Source: Planctomycetota bacterium (GTDB lineage Bacteria; Planctomycetota; JACQVX01). Taken from it: a DNA stretch of 54,912 bases. Of the stretch, positions 35,458 through 43,850 are shown piece after piece. The translations under genes were made by a program, and so were the position numbers. The notes beneath the pieces were generated by a model. The model was not told the DNA's origin. It worked only from the letters and a program-made list of their open reading frames with translations, and did no database searches. The stretch is taken from the NCBI GenBank assembly GCA_016209495.1, contig JACQVX010000082.1, positions 1 to 54,912 of the forward strand, read 5' to 3'. Every line of letters starts with the position of its first letter. The first letter of the stretch is position 1.

Positions 35458-38139
35458 ATGAGCCACGGCGTCTCGCCCCACTGCATCGATGCGGAGATCG
35501 CCGCGTGGCCCCTCTGGTCCTCCGCTGCCTTCGGGGCGCGCACGACGCACCTCGGTCGGACCAGCCCCGGGGTCCTCGACGCCGGGACCCAGTCGCTCTG
35601 GGACGGGCTGGAGGAATACCTCCGGACGCGCTCCGGTTCCTCCCTCGAGGTCCTCCGCCGCTCTCGAGACGCCGTGTGGTTCGGCGGCGAGACCTCGACC
35701 GAGGTGGGGCTCCACCGGGTCCTCGCCCACCTTGCGAGGGGAGGCGACGCGGACCGACCCGGGAACGGCCTGGTCTTCTATGGGGGGCGGGTCGGGATCG
35801 GGGATTTCCGCGGCCGGGACCCCGCGGAGGCGGCCGAGCGCTGGCGCTGGATCTCCTTCGTCCTGCCCCACGACACCCTGATCGCCGCCTGCGGGGCCTC
35901 CGAGGGCCTCTCCCCGACCGCTGATCGCGTGAGCCTCGCCGGCGGGCCCGTGCAGAACCTCCTCCGCGACTCGACCGGCGTCACAGAGGCCCACCTCCAC
36001 GTGGCGGCCGCGCCCCCCTTCGAGGCCGTCTGGGCGCGCCTGATGGCCCGGATCGGCCACGACGCCCCCCCGAAAGACAAGCTCGAACGCGGGGTCACGA
36101 CGGACATGCCGTTCGACCAGTCCAGGGCCTTCGTCCGCTACCTAGCCCTGGCCGGCCTGGTCCGCCTCGTCCTCGCACGGTTCCTCCAGGCTGAACGGGC
36201 GGGTGCGTGCAGGGACTTCAGCGCCTTCCACAGGTCCGATCTTCGCAGGCTCTGCCAGGACACGGTCCACGCCCGGAGGGTGCGGGGGGCGCTCCGTGCG
36301 ATCCAGGGTGGTGCAAGATTCCTGACGCTCCCCGAGGTGCAGGCGACGTATCGGCAGATGATCCCTACGACCCCGTCGGCCCGACCCCCGGACACGCGCC
36401 GTGACCTCGCCGCCGCCGATCCGCTGGCGGCCGACGGGTTCGGTGGGCGTGGCGTCTTCCCCGAGACGGGTTTCCTCGCGCGGGCGATGGGCTACCTCTA
36501 CGCCTGCGAGCGAAGGGGAAGCGCAGATGGGGCCTTCGAGGCCGTCTTCTGGCAATACGTCCGCGTGCGTTGCCGGACCTTCCGGTTCCTGACCGAGGTC
36601 CCGGGCACGGCCGGCTTCGAGTGGTTCCGGCGGCATTTCTCGAGGGTCGCCGCCTTCAAGATGGGCCTCGACGAGCGGGGACAGGTGTGCGCGGTCCTCG
36701 ACCTGGAGTCGGCGGGGTGCAACCTCCGCTCCCTGGAGGTCCGGATGACGCCGGAGTCCGAGTGGGACAAGGTCCGGAACCAGATCCGGGCCGTGCCGCG
36801 GGCGATGAAGGCCTGGGGCGGCGAGCCAGGTGCCAAAGGGTGTGCCAACCTTCCCGAAGCGGGCGTCGTCTTCCACCTCGTCAAGGACGAGTTCGCGCAC
36901 GAGAAGCAGCAAGTCTCGTTGCACGCCGACCCCAGGAGTTCCGACTGGCGGTTCGGCCGGTTGGCCCAGGCCTGGAGAGCCCAGGCGAATGCCCTTGCAA
37001 CGGCAGTGAGGAAGCACCCCGAGCTCCTCGTGTTCGCGCGGGGTGGAGACGTCTGCAACCTGGAGCTCTCCGTCCCGACCTGGGTCGTTGTCCCCTTCTT
37101 CGAGGGCCTCCGCGAGGCCTCGCGGGAGGCTTCGCGGATGTTGGACCGCCAGGGGGAACGGATCGATCCCTTCCGGTTCACACTGCACGTGGGCGAGGAC
37201 TACCGGCGCCTTGTCGAGGGGCTACGACGGATCCACGAGGCCATCGAGTTCGGCCTGATCCGGGAGGGCGATCGGGTCGGCCACGCGATCGCGCTGGGCG
37301 TCGATCCCGCGGCCTGGGCCTCCGTGCACGGACAGGGGGTACGTCAACCGCGAGAGGAACGGCTCGACGACCTTCTCTGGGAGCTGGACCGCTATGTGTG
37401 CCAGGACGCGAGGGAGCGTGTGGCCGACGCCACAGGTCGCCAGGGGCCGGTCGCCGCCGAAGCCCTTCGGCTCGCCCAGACCATATACGGAGACACGGCC
37501 CCCCTGATCACGGACCTCGTGGATGCGAGGAGGGTGCGCCATGACATGGCCTTCCTTCGTCGGATCGGGTTCCCCGGGCCGCCTGCCCGGTGGCTCCATG
37601 GCGTGCAGGGCGGGGTCGTCGGGCGGCGTGCTCAACGGCTCACCCTCCTCTACCTCACGGATCGTGCCGTCTTCGCCCGAGGACAGGAACCGATCGAGAT
37701 CCGAGTCGAGGACCGGGAGCCGGATATGCTGGCCGCGATGCAACAGCATCTCCGTCGCCGGATGGCGGCGCTGGACGTGACCGTGGAGTGCAACCCATCG
37801 AGCAACCTCCTGATCGGCGGCCTGGGGGGGCTCGACGACCACCCGGTGTTCCGCTTCCAACCCGAGCCCGGCGGTCGTCTACCCGAAGGGCCGGTCGTCC
37901 CGGTGGCTTTCGGGGATGACAACCCGATCACCTTCAACACCTGCCTCCCGGAGGAGTGCGTCCACCTCTACCACGCCCTCGTCCGGCGCGGTGCGGGTGC
38001 GCAGGAGGCGCAAGAATGGCTGGATCGGGTCCAGACGAACGCCTGGCGGGCCCGGTTCACACTCCCGGAGAGTCGCGAAGAGCGGTGGTGGACGCGAGTC
38101 AACCCGGAGCGGCGCGACAAGGCGGGACGTAGGGTATAG
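35458..38139 (+). CDS. rdrB: RADAR-type adenosine deaminase RdrB
   Basis: 893 aa from ATG 35458; metal-dependent deaminase motifs 'EAHLHVAAA', 'HVGEDYRRLVEGLRRIHE', 'GDRVGHAIALG', 'VECNPSSNLLIG', 'GDDNPITF'. Confidence 0.88.
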   Translation: MSHGVSPHCIDAEIAAWPLWSSAAFGARTTHLGRTSPGVLDAGTQSLWDGLEEYLRTRSGSSLEVLRRSRDAVWFGGETSTEVGLHRVLAHLARGGDADRPGNGLVFYGGRVGIGDFRGRDPAEAAERWRWISFVLPHDTLIAACGASEGLSPTADRVSLAGGPVQNLLRDSTGVTEAHLHVAAAPPFEAVWARLMARIGHDAPPKDKLERGVTTDMPFDQSRAFVRYLALAGLVRLVLARFLQAERAGACRDFSAFHRSDLRRLCQDTVHARRVRGALRAIQGGARFLTLPEVQATYRQMIPTTPSARPPDTRRDLAAADPLAADGFGGRGVFPETGFLARAMGYLYACERRGSADGAFEAVFWQYVRVRCRTFRFLTEVPGTAGFEWFRRHFSRVAAFKMGLDERGQVCAVLDLESAGCNLRSLEVRMTPESEWDKVRNQIRAVPRAMKAWGGEPGAKGCANLPEAGVVFHLVKDEFAHEKQQVSLHADPRSSDWRFGRLAQAWRAQANALATAVRKHPELLVFARGGDVCNLELSVPTWVVVPFFEGLREASREASRMLDRQGERIDPFRFTLHVGEDYRRLVEGLRRIHEAIEFGLIREGDRVGHAIALGVDPAAWASVHGQGVRQPREERLDDLLWELDRYVCQDARERVADATGRQGPVAAEALRLAQTIYGDTAPLITDLVDARRVRHDMAFLRRIGFPGPPARWLHGVQGGVVGRRAQRLTLLYLTDRAVFARGQEPIEIRVEDREPDMLAAMQQHLRRRMAALDVTVECNPSSNLLIGGLGGLDDHPVFRFQPEPGGRLPEGPVVPVAFGDDNPITFNTCLPEECVHLYHALVRRGAGAQEAQEWLDRVQTNAWRARFTLPESREERWWTRVNPERRDKAGRRV

Positions 38140-38177
38140 CGTTCGAACAGGGGTTCGCCGGTCTCAGAGCGAGGCAC

Positions 38178-38958
38178 GCGATGGCTTCGTTCGTGGCGAC
38201 GCAGGCTTCCCCGACGAGCGCTTCCTCGCGTGTCTGGTTCCACGAGCTCGCCTACCAGGCCAGCTCCTGGAGCCGTGTGCGCCGCATCGTCCTCGTCGTC
38301 CTGGAGCGGCCGGGCCAGCTCTTCCTCGACTCGTTCTACCTCGTCACGAACTGGTCGGCCGAACAGATGCCCGCTGTGGACCTCCTCCAGTTCTACCGCG
38401 AGAGGGGAACCATGGAGGGTCATCTGGGAGAACTCCAGACCGTGCTTGCCTCCGCCCTCTCGTGCACCTCTCGCCCGAAGTCGCGCGTCCGCGGTCGAGT
38501 GCCCAAGCACCGCGAGGTTCCCCGGGACGCCGAGTGGGCGAACGCCGCCCCCTTCCTCCTCTACGCCCTATCCTACAACCTTGCGAACACCGCCCGCCGC
38601 ATCATGAGCCTGGAGGCCCAGGGCCGAGACGGGCCGCCTGGAGCCTCCGCCGCCTGCGGACGGCGCTCCTCGTCGTCGCCGCGCGCCTGGTCATCTCCGC
38701 GCGCCGGGCCACCCTCGTCATGGGCGCGGCGGCGGCGAGCGCCTGGGCCACGTTCTGGCGCGGGCTCCGCCGCCTGCGCCCGATCCTCGACACCGCCTGA
38801 CCCCGAGACAACTCGAGCGTGGTCCCCGCCCACGGCAGCCGGAGCCGTGGAGGTAAGGGGGCGGTGTACCCGCGATCCGCCGCGGCACCCTCGTGCGCGT
38901 CCACCTCGCCGTCCCGCTCGCTCCGGACGTTCGCGAGCCCGGCGATGAATGACGCGGG
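38178..38958 (+). mobile_element. IS1380-family transposase remnant with probable right end
   Basis: Fragments in different frames: 'VRGDAGF', 'YQASSWSRVRRIV...YLVTN...FYRERGTMEGHLGEL...YALSYNL', 'WSLRRLRTALLVVAARLVISARR'. Ends with ATGAATGACGCGGG, resembling IS1380-type terminal repeats. Confidence 0.75.
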
Positions 38959-39035
38959 TTGAGATCGGAGTTCATGGGCGAAACCGCGGTGGTTGAGGGC
39001 GATGGACCAACCGTCCGATGTTTCTCGCAGAATTC

Positions 39036-39067
39036 TTGTCCGATCAGCCTCGCTCATCCCAATAGGG
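39036..39067 (+). promoter_or_regulatory. Repeated ICE motif copy 3 (putative promoter of the transfer operon)
   Basis: TTGTCCGATcagcctcgcTCATCCCAATAGGG, 93 nt upstream of the first gene of the ~15-kb co-directional tra cluster. Confidence 0.75.
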
Positions 39068-39160
39068 GGTGGAGGGACGCAGTGGGCGCGGTCGTGGCGC
39101 CGGTGGCCCTCCAGGAACTGGCCCTGGGCCCGCTCGGGCCGTGGGATGGGAGGAGGTGTT

Positions 39161-39637
39161 ATGGCCAAGGATCGGATCGGCGTCGGCTGGGCGCGCAGCT
39201 ACGACCAGGGGACGAAGTCCTACATCGCAGGGAGCCTGGACCTGGGGGTCTTGGGGGACCTGCCCTTCGCGGTCTTCGAGAACGAGCGCCGGGACGAGGC
39301 GCGCAAGCAGCCGACGCACCGGGTGGTGGTGACGGCCTCGAAGGCGGAGACAGGTGACGAGAAGCAACGCATCTACCTGGGGGCCGGCTGGAGCCGGAAG
39401 GCCCGGGAGGGGGACTCCACCTACATCTACCTGAAGCTGGAGCTGAACAAGCTCGGGGCCATCGGCCTGCCGGGGGTGGACTTCTCTGGCATGACCGAGC
39501 CCGTCGTCGGCCGGCTGGTTTCGGTGGAACCCGGGGGCGAGAACCAGCCGGAATACGTGCTCTACCGGGCCGTGGCCGACCGTGAGAACACGGAGGCCGT
39601 CGCTGTCACCGAGACCGGCACCTTCGAGGCCGAGTAA
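39161..39637 (+). CDS. DUF736-like protein
   Basis: Strong RBS GGAGGAGGT; 'QPTHRVV...LGAGWSRKAREGDSTYIYLKLE' resembles the DUF736 pattern often found on conjugative elements. Confidence 0.6.
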   Translation: MAKDRIGVGWARSYDQGTKSYIAGSLDLGVLGDLPFAVFENERRDEARKQPTHRVVVTASKAETGDEKQRIYLGAGWSRKAREGDSTYIYLKLELNKLGAIGLPGVDFSGMTEPVVGRLVSVEPGGENQPEYVLYRAVADRENTEAVAVTETGTFEAE

Positions 39638-39661
39638 CCTCGAAGAGGGAGACTCCTACCG

Positions 39662-39705
39662 GGGGCGGGCGCGGCGACCCCTTCATCGCACCTCCAGCCC
39701 GCCCC
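39662..39705 (+). other. GC-rich inverted repeat between the first two tra-operon genes
   Basis: GGGGCGGGC...GCCCGCCCC with a long loop and no U-tract, so not a classical intrinsic terminator. Confidence 0.4.
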
Positions 39706-39733
39706 CACTCACCTTCTGCGTCGGAGAACTGCT

Positions 39734-40609
39734 GTGAAGACACAACATCAACGACTCATCCTCCTGAGCCTGGCCCTCCTGGGGGCCGCCCCGATGGGGG
39801 TGGCCTCGGAGGAGCCTTCAAGGGACAGCTTCGCCGCGGCGGTGGCCACGCTGAAGGCCCAGGCCGCGTTGTCCGAGCCCGATCAGCGCCCGGTGTGCCT
39901 CTACCTGGGGAGCGCGGAGAACCGCTTCTCTCGGGACGTGCTGGGGCGCCCGGAGGTGAAGGAGGCGCTGGCCTCCTTCATCTACGCGCGGGTCTCGCTC
40001 TACGACGAGGTGAGCTACCCCCTGACGGGGGCCACGGTGAGTGGGGAGGACCTGGCGAACCTCCTCGGTGCGCCGGCGGGCTCCATCGTATTCCTGGACG
40101 GGCGCGGGGTCGTCATACCCAACCTGACAACGACACGGCTGACCTTGGGGCACGACCCCGCGCTCTTCAGGGACCTCCTGGACTACGTGGCATCGAGGGA
40201 ATACCGCACGCTCTCCATCCAGGAGCATGCGGTGGTGGCGGGGACGCAGGCCCGCTGGCTCGCCGCGCTGGAGCGCGGAAGGCGGCTCCTGCCGGTGCGG
40301 CGGGTGGGGGCCGAGGAGCTTCGGGGGATTCCGAGACCTGCGGGGCGGGCGTTCGTCCTCACGCGTGACCCGGAGGCGCGGGTCTCTCGGGCGCTCCTCG
40401 GGGAGATAGAGGGGGCGGTGGTGGTCTCCATGGCCGATCCCGTCCCCGGGGAACCCGCGGGGACGCCGTGGCCGGTCGCCTACCTGAGCGTGGCGGACGG
40501 CTTCCTGGAGGTGACTGGGTACGTCCCGGCCCCGCTCCTGGGCGTCTCCGCAGCCGAGGGCTTCATGCCGGCGGACAAGGACCTCCCCATCGGGGAGCTG
40601 GACGGCTAG
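39734..40609 (+). CDS. Exported protein, possibly thioredoxin-like fold lacking CxxC
   Basis: Signal peptide; 'RPVCLYLGS...PEVKEALASFIYARVSL...EDLANLLG...SIVFLDGRG...GHDPALFRDLLDYV' recalls SoxW-like thioredoxin folds. Confidence 0.55.
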   Translation: MKTQHQRLILLSLALLGAAPMGVASEEPSRDSFAAAVATLKAQAALSEPDQRPVCLYLGSAENRFSRDVLGRPEVKEALASFIYARVSLYDEVSYPLTGATVSGEDLANLLGAPAGSIVFLDGRGVVIPNLTTTRLTLGHDPALFRDLLDYVASREYRTLSIQEHAVVAGTQARWLAALERGRRLLPVRRVGAEELRGIPRPAGRAFVLTRDPEARVSRALLGEIEGAVVVSMADPVPGEPAGTPWPVAYLSVADGFLEVTGYVPAPLLGVSAAEGFMPADKDLPIGELDG

Positions 40610-40611
40610 TC

Positions 40612-41673
40612 ATGCGCGAACGACTCACCCCCTGGTTCCTCCGGGCCGCCCTGGCCCTGGCGCTCTTGGCCTTCGCGGGCGACTTCGGGGCCTGGTCGCT
40701 CTGCGGCTCGGATGTCTGCACCGCGGCCCTCTGGGAGCGCTACCGCTGGATCTTCGGGGTGGTGCCGGTCTCGGGCCTCGCGGTGGTGGCGCTCTACGCG
40801 GTGCACAGTCTGCTCGCGCTGCACCGAGGCGATCCGCAGGTGTACGCGGGCTACGGGAAGGCTGGGGCCTGGCTCTTGGCCGGCTCTGCGGGGGTGGCCC
40901 TCTACCACGTCTACCTCCAGGCGGTGGTCCTGGGCGAGGCCTGCGGACTGTGTCTGGGACTGGCCGGCTGCATCGTGGGCGCCTGGGCCATGCGACGGGA
41001 GGCGCTCTCGGTGCTGCCGGTGGCCTTCCTTGCGATGAACTTCCTCCACCACCATGGCGCGGCGCCAGGGCGGGCGCGCTGGGAGCCGGGACCCATGGTG
41101 ATGACCGCCGAGGCCGAGGAGTCCGAGGTGGAGGGGCGCATCGAGCGCTCGCGGACGCTGGGGCTCGCGGATGCGCCGGCGGTGCTGGAGGTCTTCAGTG
41201 ATCCCACCTGCCCGCACTGTGCGCGCTTCGAGCGCGAGGGGCTCCCGGACCTCGTCCGGCGCTACGTGGAGCCGGGGCGGCTGCGGGTGATCCTGCGGAC
41301 CTTCACGCCGCCGGGGCGCGAGGAGGGCCGGCGCTCGGCGCCCTTCCTGCATGCGGCGGCGCTCGCCGGCCGCACCACGGAAGTGCGTTCGCGGCTCTTC
41401 GACACGCTGGGGGCATGGGAGCCCGAGGGCCTGGGGGAGACGCTCCAGCGGCATCGTGGGGCGATCCTTCAAGTACTGGCCCAAGACGAGGCGCGGGCCC
41501 GGGAGCTGGGCCTCACGGCGACGCCCTCCTTCTCTCTCTCGGCGGGCGAGCATCGCAACGTATTTGTGGGGGCACCGCGGCCGGCCGTGTTCCAGGCGGC
41601 AGTCGAACGGGCGCTGAGCCTGGGGCCGGCCGCGATGGCTTCCCCACAATCACAGGCACACCAAGGGAGGTGA
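40612..41673 (+). CDS. VKOR-family membrane domain fused to a DsbA-like thioredoxin domain
   Basis: Loop cysteines 'LCGSDVC', 'IFGVVPVSGL', TM CxxC 'LQAVVLGEACGLC'; then 'LEVFSDPTCPHC' and cis-Pro motif 'GLTATPSF'. Confidence 0.85.
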   Translation: MRERLTPWFLRAALALALLAFAGDFGAWSLCGSDVCTAALWERYRWIFGVVPVSGLAVVALYAVHSLLALHRGDPQVYAGYGKAGAWLLAGSAGVALYHVYLQAVVLGEACGLCLGLAGCIVGAWAMRREALSVLPVAFLAMNFLHHHGAAPGRARWEPGPMVMTAEAEESEVEGRIERSRTLGLADAPAVLEVFSDPTCPHCARFEREGLPDLVRRYVEPGRLRVILRTFTPPGREEGRRSAPFLHAAALAGRTTEVRSRLFDTLGAWEPEGLGETLQRHRGAILQVLAQDEARARELGLTATPSFSLSAGEHRNVFVGAPRPAVFQAAVERALSLGPAAMASPQSQAHQGR

Positions 41674-41678
41674 CGGAC

Positions 41679-41984
41679 ATGAAGCGTTGGAGCGTGTTCT
41701 TCGGGCTGACCCTGGTGGCCGTGCTGGTGCTGCCGGCGGCGGCCTTTGCCCAGGCGGGCGGGGGGGCGCCGGCGGCGGACATCGAGCGGGTGGCCTCGCC
41801 CATCCTCGAGACCTTCCTGAACCTCATCTTCTCGTGGGGGTTCAGGCTCGCCGCAGCGGTGGTCTTCCTGGCGGGGGTGGGGCAGTTCCTGCGGCGCCAC
41901 GAAATAGGCCCGGTGGCCGCCTCCACGGCGGTGGCGGCCATCCTGGCCTTCGCGCCGACGTTCCTGAACGCGGTGTTCAAGTAG
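41679..41984 (+). CDS. Conjugative pilin (TraA/VirB2-like)
   Basis: 101 aa; signal ending 'AAAFAQ' plus two hydrophobic helices; located just before traL. Confidence 0.7.
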   Translation: MKRWSVFFGLTLVAVLVLPAAAFAQAGGGAPAADIERVASPILETFLNLIFSWGFRLAAAVVFLAGVGQFLRRHEIGPVAASTAVAAILAFAPTFLNAVFK

Positions 41985-41988
41985 GGCC

Positions 41989-42378
41989 ATGGGGAAGCGA
42001 CGTTGTCTGCGCACGCTGGACGACCCGGTGGAGATCCTGGGCCTGGAGCCGGAGGACTGGCTCGTTCTCATGGTGGTGGGGGCGGTGCTCTTCGTCGCCA
42101 ACGGCATCGTCGCAGTGGCCTTCGTGGTAGCGGGCTTCCTGGCCCTCAGGGCCATCAAGCGCGGGAAGCCGGCAGGCTACCTCTTCTACCTGGCCTACCG
42201 CTCGGGGCTGACGCGCTTGCTGCCGCCCTCAAGGCGGCCGCCGCACCTGCTCGCGCAGCCCTGGCCGTGGCAACGCCCCATGCGAGTGAAGTACTCGGCG
42301 GCGCTGCATGCACCCGCGGTGCCCACCTGGTGGGCGAGCGAGTGCCTCATCGTGGAGCCGGAGGAGGAGCGGGCGTGA
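41989..42378 (+). CDS. traL: TraL-like T4SS membrane protein
   Basis: 'RTLDDPVEILGLEPEDW', TM segment, 'KRGKPAGYLFYLAYRSG'. Confidence 0.75.
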   Translation: MGKRRCLRTLDDPVEILGLEPEDWLVLMVVGAVLFVANGIVAVAFVVAGFLALRAIKRGKPAGYLFYLAYRSGLTRLLPPSRRPPHLLAQPWPWQRPMRVKYSAALHAPAVPTWWASECLIVEPEEERA

Positions 42379-42560
42379 CGAGGCTCTTCTGGGAGGAGCT
42401 GGCCCGGTGGGAGGAGCGTATCGTGCTCGCGCGCTCGGTCCTGGCGGTCCTCGTGGCCGTGACCGTGCTGCATGGGGGGATAGCGGTGGCGATCCTCTCT
42501 CACCCCCACCCGGTCTACGTCGTGCCGGGGGCCACGGCCCCGGGGGAGGCCAGGCCGTGA
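42375..42560 (+). CDS. 61-aa membrane protein resembling the TraE N-terminus
   Basis: GTGA overlaps at both ends; GAGGAG RBS; single TM then 'PVYVVPGATAPGEARP'. Confidence 0.65.
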   Translation: MTRLFWEELARWEERIVLARSVLAVLVAVTVLHGGIAVAILSHPHPVYVVPGATAPGEARP

Positions 42561-43159
42561 GCGGCCCGGTGGAAATGGTGGAGTCGCGCCGCGCTCACCA
42601 CCGCGGACTCGTCCTCGTGGTGCTGGTCCTCGTGGCGGCGGACGCGGTCTTCGCGCTGGGCTACTACCGCGCGCTCACCACGCCGCCGCCCATCTACTAC
42701 GTCCCTGGGGCGACCGCGGAGGGCCGAGCGCTCCCGGATGAGCTGCCCGAGGAGTCCATCCGAGACTTCGCGCTCACCTACCTCGTGGCGGCCCACAACT
42801 TCACCCCCGAGACCCTCTCGCGGGTCAGGGAGGCGGTGGCCTCGCGCCTCGCCCCCGACTTCGTGGCGCGCAGCCGCCGCATCTACGACGAGCTCCAGGA
42901 GCAGGCCCGGACGCTCGACCTCTCGGTTCAGCTTGCGCCCCTCGATCCCCCCGAGGCGAGCGCGGTCCGGCACCTGGGGGATGGCGCCTACGAGGTCCGC
43001 GTGCTTGCGCTCTACCGGACCTACATCCGTAGCTCCCTCAGCCAGGAGGGGCGCTACGAGTACCGGGTGGGCGTGCGCCGGGCGAGCCCGTCGGTCGCGA
43101 ACCCTTACGGGCTCTACGTCTACGACCTGGCCCGGAGCCGCATGGAGGAGACGCCGTGA
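42557..43159 (+). CDS. traE: TraE-like T4SS protein
   Basis: N-terminal TM, 'PPPIYYVPG', 'FALTYL...NFTPET', 'ANPYGLYV'; position between traL and traK. Confidence 0.7.
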   Translation: MSGPVEMVESRRAHHRGLVLVVLVLVAADAVFALGYYRALTTPPPIYYVPGATAEGRALPDELPEESIRDFALTYLVAAHNFTPETLSRVREAVASRLAPDFVARSRRIYDELQEQARTLDLSVQLAPLDPPEASAVRHLGDGAYEVRVLALYRTYIRSSLSQEGRYEYRVGVRRASPSVANPYGLYVYDLARSRMEETP

Positions 43160-43848
43160 CGCCGAGCATCCTGGTCGCCCTCGTCCTCCTTGCCGCCCCG
43201 GCCCGCGAGGTCGTCTGGGACGGTCGTTCGACCATCGCGCTCAAGGTGCCCGTGGCCCGGCCGGGGGCGAGCCTCACCACCGCTGTGGTCTTCCCCGAGG
43301 AGGCCCTGGCCGATGTCATCGCCGGTTGGGACAAGGAGGCCCTCACGCTGGAGCGGGCCTACGGCCAGCTCTTCCTGAGGCTGCTCAGGGACGACCACCG
43401 GGGGCACCTGGACGTGGTGGGGCAGTCGGGGAGGCTCTACCGGCTCTACCTGGAGCCCGCCGCCCAGGGGGAGCACGACGAGGCCGTCCATATACGGCTC
43501 TCCGAGGATGTGGCCGGCGAGCGCCTGCGCGAGGCCTTGGCCCTGACGCCGCTCGGCCTCATCCGCGCCATGCGCCTGGGACGGGTGCCCCAGGGGGTGG
43601 AGACGGAGGAGGCGACCGAGGAGCTGCCGCCCCTCCACGACGACGGAACGCTGCGCCTCAAAGTCGAGCGGGTCTACCGTGCGGCGCTCCTCACGGGCTA
43701 CGTCCTGGTCCTGGAGAACACGGGCGCGACGCCCTATGAGGTGAACGTCCAGAAGCTCACCCTGCCACGGCTCATGCTCGTGGGGGTGGAGAGCCTCCAT
43801 GTCCCGCCGGGCGAGACCACCCGGCTCTACCTCGTGCAGCACCCGTAG
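43156..43848 (+). CDS. traK: TraK-like exported T4SS protein
   Basis: Signal-like N-terminus, 'LGLIRAMRLG', 'YRAALLTGYVLVLEN', 'LHVPPGETTRLYLV'; position in the L-E-K-B-V-C order. Confidence 0.7.
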   Translation: MTPSILVALVLLAAPAREVVWDGRSTIALKVPVARPGASLTTAVVFPEEALADVIAGWDKEALTLERAYGQLFLRLLRDDHRGHLDVVGQSGRLYRLYLEPAAQGEHDEAVHIRLSEDVAGERLREALALTPLGLIRAMRLGRVPQGVETEEATEELPPLHDDGTLRLKVERVYRAALLTGYVLVLENTGATPYEVNVQKLTLPRLMLVGVESLHVPPGETTRLYLVQHP

Positions 43849-43850
43849 CC

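Noticed and set aside
24517-39067. Treating the three 32-bp motif copies as CRISPR repeats or att sites
   Set aside because: They are ~0.8 and ~13.7 kb apart, have a variable central 9 nt, and each precedes a gene start; no spacer array or cas genes are present.
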